Shown: positions 24,164-31,830 of the stretch, piece by piece
Layout of the letters: each line of letters begins with the position of its first letter
Position numbering within the stretch: the stretch's first letter is position 1
Virus record (IMG/VR): IMGVR_UViG_3300033475_000073
Coordinates: 1 to 40,754 of that record
Length of the DNA stretch: 40,754 nt
Source of the DNA: a virus
Direction: 5' to 3' (one strand)
Translations under genes and position numbers: made by a program
Notes under the pieces: generated by a model
What the model saw: only the letters and a program-made list of their open reading frames with translations
What the model was told of the DNA's origin: nothing
Databases searched by the model: none

Positions 24164-24579
24164 GCGGTTCGGTCAATCTCGTAATTCTAGTGGGACACTG
24201 CGGCAAAGACCCCGAAGTTCGCCGCATGACCTCTGGCGAACCCGTCGTCACCCTGTCCGTAGCTACGTCGGAAACCTGGCGCGACAAATCCAGCGGCGAG
24301 CGCAAGGAAAAGACTGAGTGGCATCGCGTGGTTATCTTCAACGAACACGTCGCCAAATTCGCCGAAGCCCATATCGTCAAAGGCTCAAAGGTCTACGTGC
24401 AGGGATCGCTTCAGACCCGCAAATGGACCGACAAGGACGGGGCTGAGAAATACTCGACGGAAATCGTGCTTCAGCGATTCAAGGGCGAGTTAACGCTATT
24501 GGACGGGAAGAAGGATGGCGGCGAAACGGCGCCAGCGCACTTCGACAAAAAGCATATGGAAGACGAGATTCCCTTTTAA
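24160..24579 (+). CDS. ssb: Single-stranded DNA-binding protein
   Basis: OB-fold pattern VNLVILVGHCGKDPEVRR...TEWHRVVIF...VYVQGSLQTRKW, with an acidic C-terminal tip DEIPF. Confidence 0.92.
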   Translation: MSGSVNLVILVGHCGKDPEVRRMTSGEPVVTLSVATSETWRDKSSGERKEKTEWHRVVIFNEHVAKFAEAHIVKGSKVYVQGSLQTRKWTDKDGAEKYSTEIVLQRFKGELTLLDGKKDGGETAPAHFDKKHMEDEIPF

Positions 24580-24794
24580 TGGCTACCTATCCCGGTATCA
24601 CCGCGCGCTTCAAACTGGACAATCCTGACCAAGCCGCCGCGACACTCACCGTCACGATGAAGGTCCATCAATGGCGCGATATTGCCAATCAGCTCTCGGC
24701 AGAGGCTTACGAAAGCTGGCCGCTGCGGTTGGCAATTTGCGACTTAGTCAGAGAAGCGGAGAAGGTCTTTTATCATCGGGTACCGGAGGAATAA
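24579..24794 (+). CDS. Hypothetical protein
   Basis: 71-aa track ORF; TAATG overlap with the ssb stop. Confidence 0.6.
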   Translation: MATYPGITARFKLDNPDQAAATLTVTMKVHQWRDIANQLSAEAYESWPLRLAICDLVREAEKVFYHRVPEE

Positions 24795-25214
24795 GTGAAC
24801 GCCTGGTTCATCCGTGAAGACAGCGCACTTCGTCCCTTCGGTCGGGAAAGCGCAACTCTGTTCGATAAGGTGCCTCAGGGCAAGCCTGTCTTTGTGGAGG
24901 TGCGCCAGCCCCGCAACGCCAAGCATCACAGGCTCTATTGGACGATGTGCGCGCGGATTGCCGAAGCGGTCGGCTGCGAAGGCGAAGACATTTCCCATAT
25001 TCTCAAAATCCGCACGGGCCATGTCAAAGAGGTCAAGACCAAGCGCGGCATTGAGGAAATTCCGCTCTCCATCAGCTTCAAGGACATGGATCAGGAGAAG
25101 TTCCGCAACTTCTTCGACAAGTGCCTATACGTGATTGAGCATGAGATCGGCGTAGCCCGCCCAGACATTCTTGCCGAGATGAAAGACCTGATTGAGCCGC
25201 AGGAGGCTGCATGA
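24795..25214 (+). CDS. NinB/DUF1367-like recombination-associated protein (tentative)
   Basis: 139 aa, GTG start after GGAGGA. VFVEVRQPRNAKHHRLYWTMCARIAEAV parallels the lambda NinB segment IQERNRSLDQNRKLWACLGDV. Next to erf/ssb. Confidence 0.45.
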   Translation: MNAWFIREDSALRPFGRESATLFDKVPQGKPVFVEVRQPRNAKHHRLYWTMCARIAEAVGCEGEDISHILKIRTGHVKEVKTKRGIEEIPLSISFKDMDQEKFRNFFDKCLYVIEHEIGVARPDILAEMKDLIEPQEAA

Positions 25215-25414
25215 GCGAGTGGCAGCCTATAGAGACAGCGCCGAAGGATGGCACGGCGATTCTCGTGAGCGGGCTATCTCACGGCAAGCGGTACATCGAC
25301 ATCAATGTATGGCGCCGCAATGAGTGGCACTGTTTCCATCCGGAAGACAACGGATACACGGTCCCGGTCCTCCCAGCGACCCACTGGCAACCCCTGCCGG
25401 AGCCGCCGCAATGA
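25211..25414 (+). CDS. DUF551-like small phage protein
   Basis: MSEWQPIETAPKDGTAILV...THWQPLPEPP is the typical DUF551 signature. Confidence 0.7.
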   Translation: MSEWQPIETAPKDGTAILVSGLSHGKRYIDINVWRRNEWHCFHPEDNGYTVPVLPATHWQPLPEPPQ

Positions 25415-25797
25415 CTGGCCGATCCGTGCCGGAATGGATTGGCAAGACCGCCGACACCCCTATCCCTGACCGGGTGAAGCTTCGTGTCTTCGAGAAGCAC
25501 AAGGGCATGTGCCATATCGCCGGCCGCAAAATTCAGGCGGGAGAGCCTTGGGACGCAGAGCATGTCATCGCGCTCTGCAACTGGCTACCAAGCGACGACG
25601 CGCCCCACGGCAATAGAGAATCGAACCTAGCCCCCGCGCTTCGCTCGAAGCATCCCGAGAAAACCGCAGCTGACGTAGCGGAGAAATCCATGATCCATCG
25701 CAAGCGATCCAAGCATCTTGGCGTCGCAAAGGCCAAGCGCGGCTTCCCAAAACCTCCACCGGGATACAACGCCTGGACACGAAGGATTGAGACGTGA
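25411..25797 (+). CDS. HNH endonuclease
   Basis: 128 aa from MTGRSVPEW (ATGA overlap). CHIAGRKIQAGEPWDAEHVIAL...NLAPALRSKHPEKT gives the H-N-H arrangement. Confidence 0.75.
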   Translation: MTGRSVPEWIGKTADTPIPDRVKLRVFEKHKGMCHIAGRKIQAGEPWDAEHVIALCNWLPSDDAPHGNRESNLAPALRSKHPEKTAADVAEKSMIHRKRSKHLGVAKAKRGFPKPPPGYNAWTRRIET

Positions 25798-26015
25798 CCG
25801 CCATTAGCGCTGATTTTACCGTGAACTCAACGGCTATCGGCTGTGTGAGAAAATCGCTTTCCGATGATCTGCGCGCCGCGAGCATCGTGATCGCAAGCAT
25901 CCGTCGTCGGCTCGCCAGTGGTGAATACGCAGTGACAGGCAGCGATTTCATCGCGATCACTGAGCTGCATTCCGATACCGCCAATCTCGCGCACGACGCG
26001 CGCAAGCATCTTTAG
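25794..26015 (+). CDS. Hypothetical protein
   Basis: 73-aa track ORF, GTG start overlapping the upstream stop. Confidence 0.5.
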   Translation: MTAISADFTVNSTAIGCVRKSLSDDLRAASIVIASIRRRLASGEYAVTGSDFIAITELHSDTANLAHDARKHL

Positions 26016-26029
26016 AAAGCGAGCCACCG

Positions 26030-26191
26030 ATGCGGAAATGCACCTGCCATCCTTCTGACCGTCCGCCGCTCTGTCAGGGTCGCTACGCCGCGAGCGAGTG
26101 TCAGGCACGGTGGAAGCGCGACCGCTTGTGGCTGTTCGGATGGCTCGCGGCCATCGCCGGGCTAACCGTCATCATGTTTCTCAGCACGTAG
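26030..26191 (+). CDS. Small Cys-rich, C-terminally membrane-anchored protein (53 aa)
   Basis: Own reading: MRKCTCHPSDRPPLCQGRYAASECQARWKRDRLWLFGWLAAIAGLTVIMFLST. Preceded by the junction tagAAAGCGAGCcaccg. Confidence 0.5.
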   Translation: MRKCTCHPSDRPPLCQGRYAASECQARWKRDRLWLFGWLAAIAGLTVIMFLST

Positions 26192-26207
26192 GAATGGAGG
26201 GACAAGA

Positions 26208-26402
26208 ATGGTCCGGTGCGGTGAATGCCGATATTTTGTTCGCGACGGGAAGTGCGACTTCCTGCAATCCGCCGACGGTAAAGACCCGGCGCGGGCGTTT
26301 GCCCATGCCCCCTTCTGGGTCTGGTCGGACTGCTACAGCGACAAAGAGCAAGTTCGCGCGGGCGTCGAAAGTGCCCGTCCTGTCTTTTCACCTAAATCCT
26401 AA
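26208..26402 (+). CDS. Small Cys-containing protein
   Basis: 64-aa track ORF; GGAGGGA SD upstream. Confidence 0.55.
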   Translation: MVRCGECRYFVRDGKCDFLQSADGKDPARAFAHAPFWVWSDCYSDKEQVRAGVESARPVFSPKS

Positions 26403-26415
26403 AAGCGAGCCTGTT

Positions 26416-26616
26416 TTGAAGAAGCATTGGATCAAGGACAAGGGACTGACGCGGTTTTCCGAAACCGTGACCCATTGCGGCTTGGTCGGCTGGGAAGATG
26501 CCGTTGCCTCGCACGAGTTCGTGAATGTCAGTGGCGACAGCTTTGTCGCAGTCGAAAAACTGAAGGGTGTGACTTGTGGCCGGTGCCGCAAGGGCGCCAA
26601 TGCGAAATCCAACTGA
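26416..26616 (+). CDS. Hypothetical small protein (TTG start, tentative)
   Basis: The native-looking tail of the 172-aa track ORF is LKKHWIKDKGLTRFSETVTHCGLVGWED...CGRCRKG. Preceded by taaAAGCGAGCctgtt. Confidence 0.4.
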   Translation: MKKHWIKDKGLTRFSETVTHCGLVGWEDAVASHEFVNVSGDSFVAVEKLKGVTCGRCRKGANAKSN

Positions 26617-26632
26617 AAGCGAGCGATTGCCG

Positions 26633-26842
26633 ATGATCCTTTCTCCCCGCGCTGCGCTTGAACTCACCGTACCCGGTGATTCCGTCATGCTCGAATTGCA
26701 GGACGGGTCAAAGGTTGATGGCGAAGCAAGCTGGATCGGTAATGAAGGCGACGAGCCGCGAGATTGTTGGATGGGATTTGTCGGCAAGGACGGCGTGGAA
26801 ATTCTTAACGACACCATCAAAGCCGTTCACATCGATATTTAA
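26633..26842 (+). CDS. Hypothetical small protein
   Basis: 69 aa from MILSPRAALELTVPGD; preceded by AGCGAGCGATTGCCG. Confidence 0.55.
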   Translation: MILSPRAALELTVPGDSVMLELQDGSKVDGEASWIGNEGDEPRDCWMGFVGKDGVEILNDTIKAVHIDI

Positions 26843-26856
26843 GGGAGGGATTGCCC

Positions 26857-27045
26857 ATGATGGTCACAGCCAGGTTGACGCACCGAAACGGCAAGATGAT
26901 GGGGACCAAAAGCGTCCCCGAAGATTGCTTGGCGCTGCGGTATGGCGGATCGACGTTCGTTCGCACCAGCAGCGTCGATGGCGCGAACTCAGCCATCTAC
27001 TCGATGACTGACACCTATCACTTCAACAATCTCGATCAGGAATAG
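26857..27045 (+). CDS. Hypothetical small protein
   Basis: 62 aa; GGGAGGGATTGCCC before the ATG. Confidence 0.55.
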   Translation: MMVTARLTHRNGKMMGTKSVPEDCLALRYGGSTFVRTSSVDGANSAIYSMTDTYHFNNLDQE

Positions 27046-27056
27046 TGGAGCATCAA

Positions 27057-27233
27057 ATGAGCGAGAGGCAGACCTTTATCACCGGCAACGCGCAGACTGT
27101 GACCGACTGCTGCGAAGCAATGCGCGACGGCAAGTCGGTTGCCGTTGTCGTTTCCGGCATCACACTGGAAGGCGAAGTTGTTGCCATCCGCCGCCAGGAC
27201 GACGGCGATTTCCAGATCACCCTTCAGGAATAG
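27057..27233 (+). CDS. Hypothetical small protein
   Basis: 58 aa from MSERQTFITG; GGAG 6 nt upstream. Confidence 0.55.
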   Translation: MSERQTFITGNAQTVTDCCEAMRDGKSVAVVVSGITLEGEVVAIRRQDDGDFQITLQE

Positions 27234-27244
27234 CGGAGCCGTTC

Positions 27245-27517
27245 ATGCCGGGAGAAATCAGCCGCAGCATCGAAGCCAGAGACGACATGCCCTATGTCCC
27301 GTCTTGGTGTTACGCCGCCGGGCCGAAGATGTGCCCATGTGGCTGCCACGAAGGCTATCACAACGATGATCGTGAATGCCTGCGCCGCGCGAAATGTGGT
27401 TGCACCGGCATACCCGCCGAACTCGTCACCCCGATAGGTGGTGAGTCCACCCTCGGGCTCACGAAGGCCGAGGAAGAAGAAATTCTCGACCGGCCATGGA
27501 AGCCGGATCAGGAATAA
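27245..27517 (+). CDS. Cys-rich small protein
   Basis: 90-aa track ORF with WCYAAGPKMCPCGCHEGYH...CLRRAKCGC. Confidence 0.6.
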   Translation: MPGEISRSIEARDDMPYVPSWCYAAGPKMCPCGCHEGYHNDDRECLRRAKCGCTGIPAELVTPIGGESTLGLTKAEEEEILDRPWKPDQE

Positions 27518-27527
27518 GGAGCCGCAA

Positions 27528-27986
27528 ATGCAGAACGAAAAGGGCGTGATGCTTTCCAAGATGATCCTGCTGGCAACGCAGCATCACTCGGGGCAATTCG
27601 ACAAGGGCGGCAGGCCTTACATCCTCCATCCGCTGACCGTCATGCACCGGCTGCGGACTGACGATGAGGAATTGCAGTGCATCGCCGTCGGCCATGACCT
27701 GCTTGAAGATACGACCTGCACGGCAAGGGAATTGCTAGACGCCGGTTTCAGCCTCCGCGTGGTGACGGGCATCGAGGCACTGACCAAATCCCCGGACATG
27801 AGCCAGGGCGATTATAGGGCTGGCGTGAAGGCCAACCCTGACGCGGTGCGGGTGAAGATGGAAGACCTGCGCCACAACTCCGACATTCGCCGCCTCAAGG
27901 GCGTGACCGACAAGGATGTGCAGCGCGTCACCCGCTACCACCAATTCTACCTAGAACTGCGCGCCATTGCGCCAGTCATCCCGTAA
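27528..27986 (+). CDS. HD-domain (p)ppGpp/alarmone hydrolase-like protein (RelA/SpoT hydrolase fold, small alarmone hydrolase type)
   Basis: 152 aa from MQNEKG. ATQHHSGQFDKGGRPYILHPLTV, then VGHDLLEDTT, then VKMEDLRHNSD match the HD_4/SpoT hydrolase motif order. AAGGAGCC SD upstream. Confidence 0.75.
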   Translation: MQNEKGVMLSKMILLATQHHSGQFDKGGRPYILHPLTVMHRLRTDDEELQCIAVGHDLLEDTTCTARELLDAGFSLRVVTGIEALTKSPDMSQGDYRAGVKANPDAVRVKMEDLRHNSDIRRLKGVTDKDVQRVTRYHQFYLELRAIAPVIP

Positions 27987-27997
27987 GGAGGGACAAG

Positions 27998-28153
27998 ATG
28001 CAGCTTAATCCGTTGCGCTGGTGGGGCATCCGACACGTCCGTTGGTACTTCAAATATCAACGTGTTGACCATTGGGTCCGCGCGTGGGGCGGACTCTGCA
28101 TGAGCGCCAGCGATCAGAAGTATCTCGACGCCGTTTGGCGCGGAAAAAGATAG
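27998..28153 (+). CDS. Small Trp/Arg-rich protein (51 aa)
   Basis: Own reading: MQLNPLRWWGIRHVRWYFKYQRVDHWVRAWGGLCMSASDQKYLDAVWRGKR; AAGGAGGGA SD upstream. Confidence 0.45.
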   Translation: MQLNPLRWWGIRHVRWYFKYQRVDHWVRAWGGLCMSASDQKYLDAVWRGKR

Positions 28154-28164
28154 GAGCGATTGCC

Positions 28165-28371
28165 ATGACCAAGAAACACCCGTTCCTCTCTGCCGCCTCC
28201 GCGAAGGCCGCACGGGACGCTGCGCTGGCAACGGCTCCGGCGTTGCTTACCGACCTTGCCTGCATTGCTGCCTTCCATGTCGAAGACCCGCAGGCGCAGA
28301 TGAAGGTCTATGCCGCCATGAAGACGATCAACGTGCTGGCGGACCTGCCGCCAATGCCGCCCAAGAAGTGA
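28165..28371 (+). CDS. Hypothetical small protein
   Basis: 68 aa from MTKKHPFLSAASAKAARD; preceded by tAGGAGCGATTGCC. Confidence 0.55.
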   Translation: MTKKHPFLSAASAKAARDAALATAPALLTDLACIAAFHVEDPQAQMKVYAAMKTINVLADLPPMPPKK

Positions 28372-28385
28372 TGGAGGGACTGACC

Positions 28386-28565
28386 ATGAGAAAGATTGCC
28401 TGGAAATTGCGTTATGCGATCCATGCCTGGGGTCGCGGCATCCCGTGGCGCGCGGCTTGGCATTGCGCCGGCGCGAGCGTCGATGATGACAGCCTGGACC
28501 CGTGGCAGCAGCGCGACCCGTTGGAAGAAGCGGACGTTGAAATCTCTTACTGGCGCGAAGGCTAA
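28386..28565 (+). CDS. Hypothetical small protein
   Basis: 59 aa from MRKIAWKLRYAIHAW; GGAGGGA SD 5 nt upstream. Confidence 0.5.
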   Translation: MRKIAWKLRYAIHAWGRGIPWRAAWHCAGASVDDDSLDPWQQRDPLEEADVEISYWREG

Positions 28566-28575
28566 GGGAGCCGAT

Positions 28576-28707
28576 ATGTCGCCGTCCGAATGGATCAGGA
28601 AGGTTCTGCGCGAAGCCGCTGAGAAGGCAAAGCTGGAACACGCGCTCGGCCTTGGTCCTAAAATGCCGGATGGCACCTATCGCACCACCAATCCAGACCG
28701 GAAATAG
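28576..28707 (+). CDS. Hypothetical small protein (43 aa)
   Basis: MSPSEWIRKVLREAAEKAKLEH...; AAGGGAGCC before the ATG. Confidence 0.45.
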   Translation: MSPSEWIRKVLREAAEKAKLEHALGLGPKMPDGTYRTTNPDRK

Positions 28708-28716
28708 GAGCGTTCG

Positions 28717-28899
28717 GTGCTGAACCTGAAGGACATTGTTTTCGAGGACGGCGATTTCTTCGTGGTGAAGGTCGCCAAGGGCTTTGAAGTGTATCGGTCT
28801 GGCGTCACCCACCCGACGCGATGCGCCCAGATCGGCTTTGAAGGTCAGCCTGGGCTTGACCGCTGTAAGGCAGAAATCAACCGCCGCAAAGCGGCTTAG
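28717..28899 (+). CDS. Hypothetical small protein
   Basis: 60-aa track ORF, GTG start after TAGGAGCG. Confidence 0.5.
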   Translation: MLNLKDIVFEDGDFFVVKVAKGFEVYRSGVTHPTRCAQIGFEGQPGLDRCKAEINRRKAA

Positions 28900-28917
28900 G
28901 AATGGAGCGATTGAGCC

Positions 28918-29127
28918 GTGACTGAGCTAGAAAAAATCCGCGCTAACCCGGTGATGTCAAACCGAGAGAAAATTGCGCGCATCATCTTCTCAAAGCTGAA
29001 CACTGACCCCGATTGGGATGACGGTTATGAAATCCCGGAACAAGCGGCGCACTGCGATGAGGCGGAGGAACTGTCCCAGCAGGAATGTTTTGAGATAGCA
29101 GACGCCATCCTAGCGGCGCTGGAATAG
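28918..29127 (+). CDS. Hypothetical small acidic protein
   Basis: 69-aa track ORF, GTG start after ATGGAGCGATTGAGCC. Confidence 0.5.
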   Translation: MTELEKIRANPVMSNREKIARIIFSKLNTDPDWDDGYEIPEQAAHCDEAEELSQQECFEIADAILAALE

Positions 29128-29137
29128 GGACCCGCTG

Positions 29138-29314
29138 ATGCGGGTGCGATTGAACAAGAATACTGCGGAGGTTGTCCGGCTGCGCAACTTGGCAAAACGG
29201 ATCAGCGATCAGGCCGATAACCTGTCGCCCACGAACAACGTCCACCCTGCGCCGCTCATGCGCCAGTGGGTGCAGACCGTCATCGACATTGCCCAACAAC
29301 TCGAAGCGAAATAA
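29138..29314 (+). CDS. Hypothetical small protein (58 aa)
   Basis: Own reading: MRVRLNKNTAEVVRLRNLAKRISDQADNLSPTNNVHPAPLMRQWVQTVIDIAQQLEAK. Confidence 0.45.
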   Translation: MRVRLNKNTAEVVRLRNLAKRISDQADNLSPTNNVHPAPLMRQWVQTVIDIAQQLEAK

Positions 29315-29325
29315 CGGAGCCCATC

Positions 29326-29448
29326 ATGCTTGGCAAAATCCTTTGTTCTGTTGGACTGCACAAATGGGTTAGCGCGTCATACTTCTGCGACCGCTGCGAC
29401 CGTTGGATAACGCCGGGGCATTGGGCATTCTGGCGTAGCTGGTTTTAA
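29326..29448 (+). CDS. Hypothetical small Cys-containing protein (40 aa)
   Basis: MLGKILCSVGLHKWVSASYFCDRCDRWITPGHWAFWRSWF; ACGGAGCC SD upstream. Confidence 0.4.
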   Translation: MLGKILCSVGLHKWVSASYFCDRCDRWITPGHWAFWRSWF

Positions 29449-29458
29449 GGAGGGCCAG

Positions 29459-29617
29459 ATGCAGCAATGGATTTACAGCAGCAAGAACATCGCTCCCGGC
29501 GAAAGCCATTACGACATGTTGCGCCAGATGGGGCGCGAAGGTTGGGAAGCGTGGCACATCGAAAAGACCGAAAATGGCTGGCGCGAGATTTTCTTTAAGC
29601 GCCCGGTCGCGGAATAG
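29459..29617 (+). CDS. DUF4177-like small protein (52 aa)
   Basis: Own reading: MQQWIYSSKNIAPGESHYDMLRQMGREGWEAWHIEKTENGWREIFFKRPVAE; AAGGAGGG SD upstream. Confidence 0.5.
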   Translation: MQQWIYSSKNIAPGESHYDMLRQMGREGWEAWHIEKTENGWREIFFKRPVAE

Positions 29618-29626
29618 GAGCCGATC

Positions 29627-29818
29627 ATGCTGACCAAAGAGTATCTGGCCGAACGCATCGCCTATCACGGTGAAATCGTGGAAGCGCATGTCCTGGCCCA
29701 TGACCGCGCCTTGGCGACTGACCAGCCACCCAACCAGATCGAACACCATCTGAATACTGCGGCTCGCCATGCCGCCATCGTCACCGCTTTGACCGCCATA
29801 GCGGCGGCGAAACCCTGA
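29627..29818 (+). CDS. Hypothetical small protein
   Basis: 63-aa track ORF after TAGGAGCCGATC. Confidence 0.55.
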   Translation: MLTKEYLAERIAYHGEIVEAHVLAHDRALATDQPPNQIEHHLNTAARHAAIVTALTAIAAAKP

Positions 29819-29830
29819 GGAGCGATTACC

Positions 29831-30130
29831 GTGACCGCGCAGCTATCAGATACTCAGCCGCAGGCCGCATTCTCGGCGGCCGGCCTCGCGCGCCGCTGGG
29901 GCTGCTCAGCGCGGCATATTTACAACCTGATTGGCCAAGGGACCGTGCGCCCTTTTAAGATCGGCAACTTGTATCGTATATCGGCCTCGGAAGTGGCGAG
30001 GATCGAGAAATGCGGCTCCAGCTTTACCGGGGAAAGTGGGCAGCCACCGGAAGGACAAACGGCAAGCAGTGGCGGCGGTCCCTGGGTACAGCCGACCGCG
30101 CCGTCGCCGAGCGCCGATTCCGAGACCTGA
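29831..30130 (+). CDS. xis: Excisionase-type HTH DNA-binding protein
   Basis: AAGLARRWGCSARHIYNLIGQGTVRPFKIGNLYRISASEVARIE matches the excisionase/HTH_17 pattern. Directly upstream of int; its 3' 121 nt overlap int. Confidence 0.7.
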   Translation: MTAQLSDTQPQAAFSAAGLARRWGCSARHIYNLIGQGTVRPFKIGNLYRISASEVARIEKCGSSFTGESGQPPEGQTASSGGGPWVQPTAPSPSADSET

Positions 30131-30957
30131 AGGTTGAAGTACCTGGCGACATAGTTGCCGCGTATGTCGCCTCTTACTTGGCCGAAAAGCGCGAAAAGGC
30201 GCTACCGTCGATCAAAGCTATGGAATACGCATGGAAGGCGCTGGAGCCAACATTCGGAGTGCTGAGGCCCGATCAGATCACCCGCCAGAACTGCCAGGCA
30301 TACGCCAAGCGGCGGCGCAAGGCGGGCGTTCGGGACGGAACGGTCATCAAGGAACTAGGATTTTTGAAGGCAGCCCTGAACTGGGCCCGGAAGGGCTCTC
30401 AGGCGGTTTTCGAGATGCCTGGGGCGCCCCCACCGCGTGATCGGCACATCACCCTGGAAGAGTTCAATCGGCTTCTGGACGGCTGTCTCCTACCCCACAT
30501 GCGTCTGTTCTGCCTGCTGGGCTGGTACACCGCCGGCCGAGCGTCGGCCATCCTGGATCTGACTTGGGACCGGGTAGACTTTCAGAGGGGCCAAATCCGC
30601 CTGTCCAAGGGCGAGGGGCGCCGAAAGGGGCGGGCCACGGTTCCCATCGCTGATCGGCTGCGCACGGCGCTGTTGGAGGCCCAGGAAGCCCGCACAACCG
30701 ACTTCGTAGTGGAATGGGCTGGGCAGCAGGTTCGAAGCGTGGCCAGGGGGTTTCGGTCGGCCTGCGTCAAGGCCAAGCTCGATGATGTTTCTCCCCATGT
30801 CCTGCGCCACAGCGCGGCAGTCAGGATGGTGGAGAATGGCATCAGCCTGGCAGAAGTCGGCCAATACCTCGGGCATACCGACCTGAAGGTTACCTACCGC
30901 GTGTACGGTCGATTCACGCCTGGCCATTTGCGCAAGGCTGCGGAGGCGTTGGGTTAG
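30010..30957 (+). CDS. int: Tyrosine integrase
   Basis: 315 aa. Catalytic-box patterns TAGRASAILDL, HVLRHSAAVRM and LGHTDLKVTYRVYGRF (R, H-x-x-R, H, Y). Confidence 0.92.
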   Translation: MRLQLYRGKWAATGRTNGKQWRRSLGTADRAVAERRFRDLKVEVPGDIVAAYVASYLAEKREKALPSIKAMEYAWKALEPTFGVLRPDQITRQNCQAYAKRRRKAGVRDGTVIKELGFLKAALNWARKGSQAVFEMPGAPPPRDRHITLEEFNRLLDGCLLPHMRLFCLLGWYTAGRASAILDLTWDRVDFQRGQIRLSKGEGRRKGRATVPIADRLRTALLEAQEARTTDFVVEWAGQQVRSVARGFRSACVKAKLDDVSPHVLRHSAAVRMVENGISLAEVGQYLGHTDLKVTYRVYGRFTPGHLRKAAEALG

Positions 30958-30983
30958 GGACAGTGCGCTAGTGCGATTGAACT
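30957..30983 (+). repeat. Direct repeat DR1 flanking attP (candidate integrase arm site)
   Basis: GGGACAGTGCG-ctagtg-CGATTGAACT; partner at 31143..31170. Confidence 0.6.
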
Positions 30984-31064
30984 TTTCGGGCGGAACAAAA
31001 TGCGTTTGTTCTCCATTGGTTTCGCAGAACGTGCGCAGTTTTTCTAGGATTTCCGCGCGGCGAT

Positions 31065-31114
31065 TTCCCTTGGTAAGGGATAGGTCGTGAGTTCGATTCT
31101 CACCTACGGCACCA
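31065..31114 (+). other. attP core: 3' fragment of a tRNA-Thr(GGU) gene (anticodon arm to CCA)
   Basis: TTCCC-TTGGTAA-GGGAT anticodon arm (anticodon GGT), variable AGGTC, T arm GTGAG-TTCGATT-CTCAC, acceptor CTACGGC, then A and CCA. No matching 5' acceptor strand or D arm upstream, so it is not a complete tRNA. Confidence 0.8.
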
Positions 31115-31142
31115 TTCGTTTCAATAGCTTACGGGTTATTTC

Positions 31143-31170
31143 GGGACAGTGCGTCTGGGCCGATTGAACT
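31143..31170 (+). repeat. Direct repeat DR2 flanking attP
   Basis: GGGACAGTGCG-tctgggc-CGATTGAACT, 186 bp downstream of DR1. Confidence 0.6.
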
Positions 31171-31256
31171 CTGGCGCCCGCGCCGTCTGCGTGTAAACTG
31201 GGGCCCACCGACGCCCGCCATTCACCCTGACGCCGGACTAGCGAAGGGATTCGAGC

Positions 31257-31493
31257 ATGGGTGACCTCAGAAACAAATTCGCGAAGATCCAGCGCGCCAA
31301 GGCCGATAAGAGGGCCATGAATCGGTTTCTAGGGCTGCCGGCGGATTTCACACCTTCTTACCCAGCGCCAACACAAACCCGGTGTAGGTGCGGGTATACC
31401 TCTGTAGAGAGGCCTCTATGGCATGTGTCGGATAGAGGGGTGAACGGGGTTTATTGCAGGACGTGCTGGCCGGATGGAATTGAGAGGCCTTGA
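31257..31493 (+). CDS. Doubtful ORF (78 aa) in the attP-proximal region
   Basis: Track ORF. The first ~30 codons look native, but the rest is full of AGG/AGA/CTA/GTA codons and overlaps a cluster of CCTCT/AGAGG hairpins (31399..31438). Confidence 0.25.
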   Translation: MGDLRNKFAKIQRAKADKRAMNRFLGLPADFTPSYPAPTQTRCRCGYTSVERPLWHVSDRGVNGVYCRTCWPDGIERP

Positions 31494-31830
31494 ATGATGC
31501 GGGCCGGGCTTGATACCGGCTAGCGGGCCTTCCGAGGGGCGCCCTCCGCAACGCTTGGTACTTGCTGACAGCTTTCGCCCGTTCGTTCCCAATCGAAGCC
31601 CGGCAACTATCCCGCGCTGCTGTTTCGTGCGCGTCCATCCGCGCCGCCGCATCTGAAGGCCGTTTCGGAGGCTCTAGAACCCCGCATACCTGTCAGCGTC
31701 GAGGTGACAGGCTAAAACGGCCCACAGACAAGGCGATGTATTTACCTACCAAATCCACCCATAAAATGCAAGAGCGGGATTCCATTTAAGCCCGATAAAT
31801 GCTAGGTTAGATGAGAAGTTGGAGGTGCGC

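Noticed and set aside
26098-26616. 172-aa plus-strand ORF
   Set aside because: Its first two thirds overlap the better-supported 26208..26402 gene in another frame and look non-native. Only the last 66 codons (from TTG 26416) were kept, at low confidence.
28114-28812. 232-aa minus-strand ORF across the small-gene array
   Set aside because: It is antisense to six plus-strand mini-genes that each have a GGAG-type SD and native composition. Its own product is Arg-rich and lacks start signals.
26017-29830. CRISPR array, or other interspaced-repeat element, suggested by the recurring GGAGCGATTGCC-type strings
   Set aside because: The repeats are only 9-15 nt long, are imperfect, and always sit between a stop and a start codon. 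The intervening segments are coding and of very unequal length. They are ribosome-binding junctions.
31021-31114. A complete tRNA gene
   Set aside because: Only the anticodon arm, variable loop, T arm and 3' acceptor strand are present. The 26 nt upstream contain neither a GCCGTAG acceptor strand nor a D arm, so this is an attP tRNA fragment.
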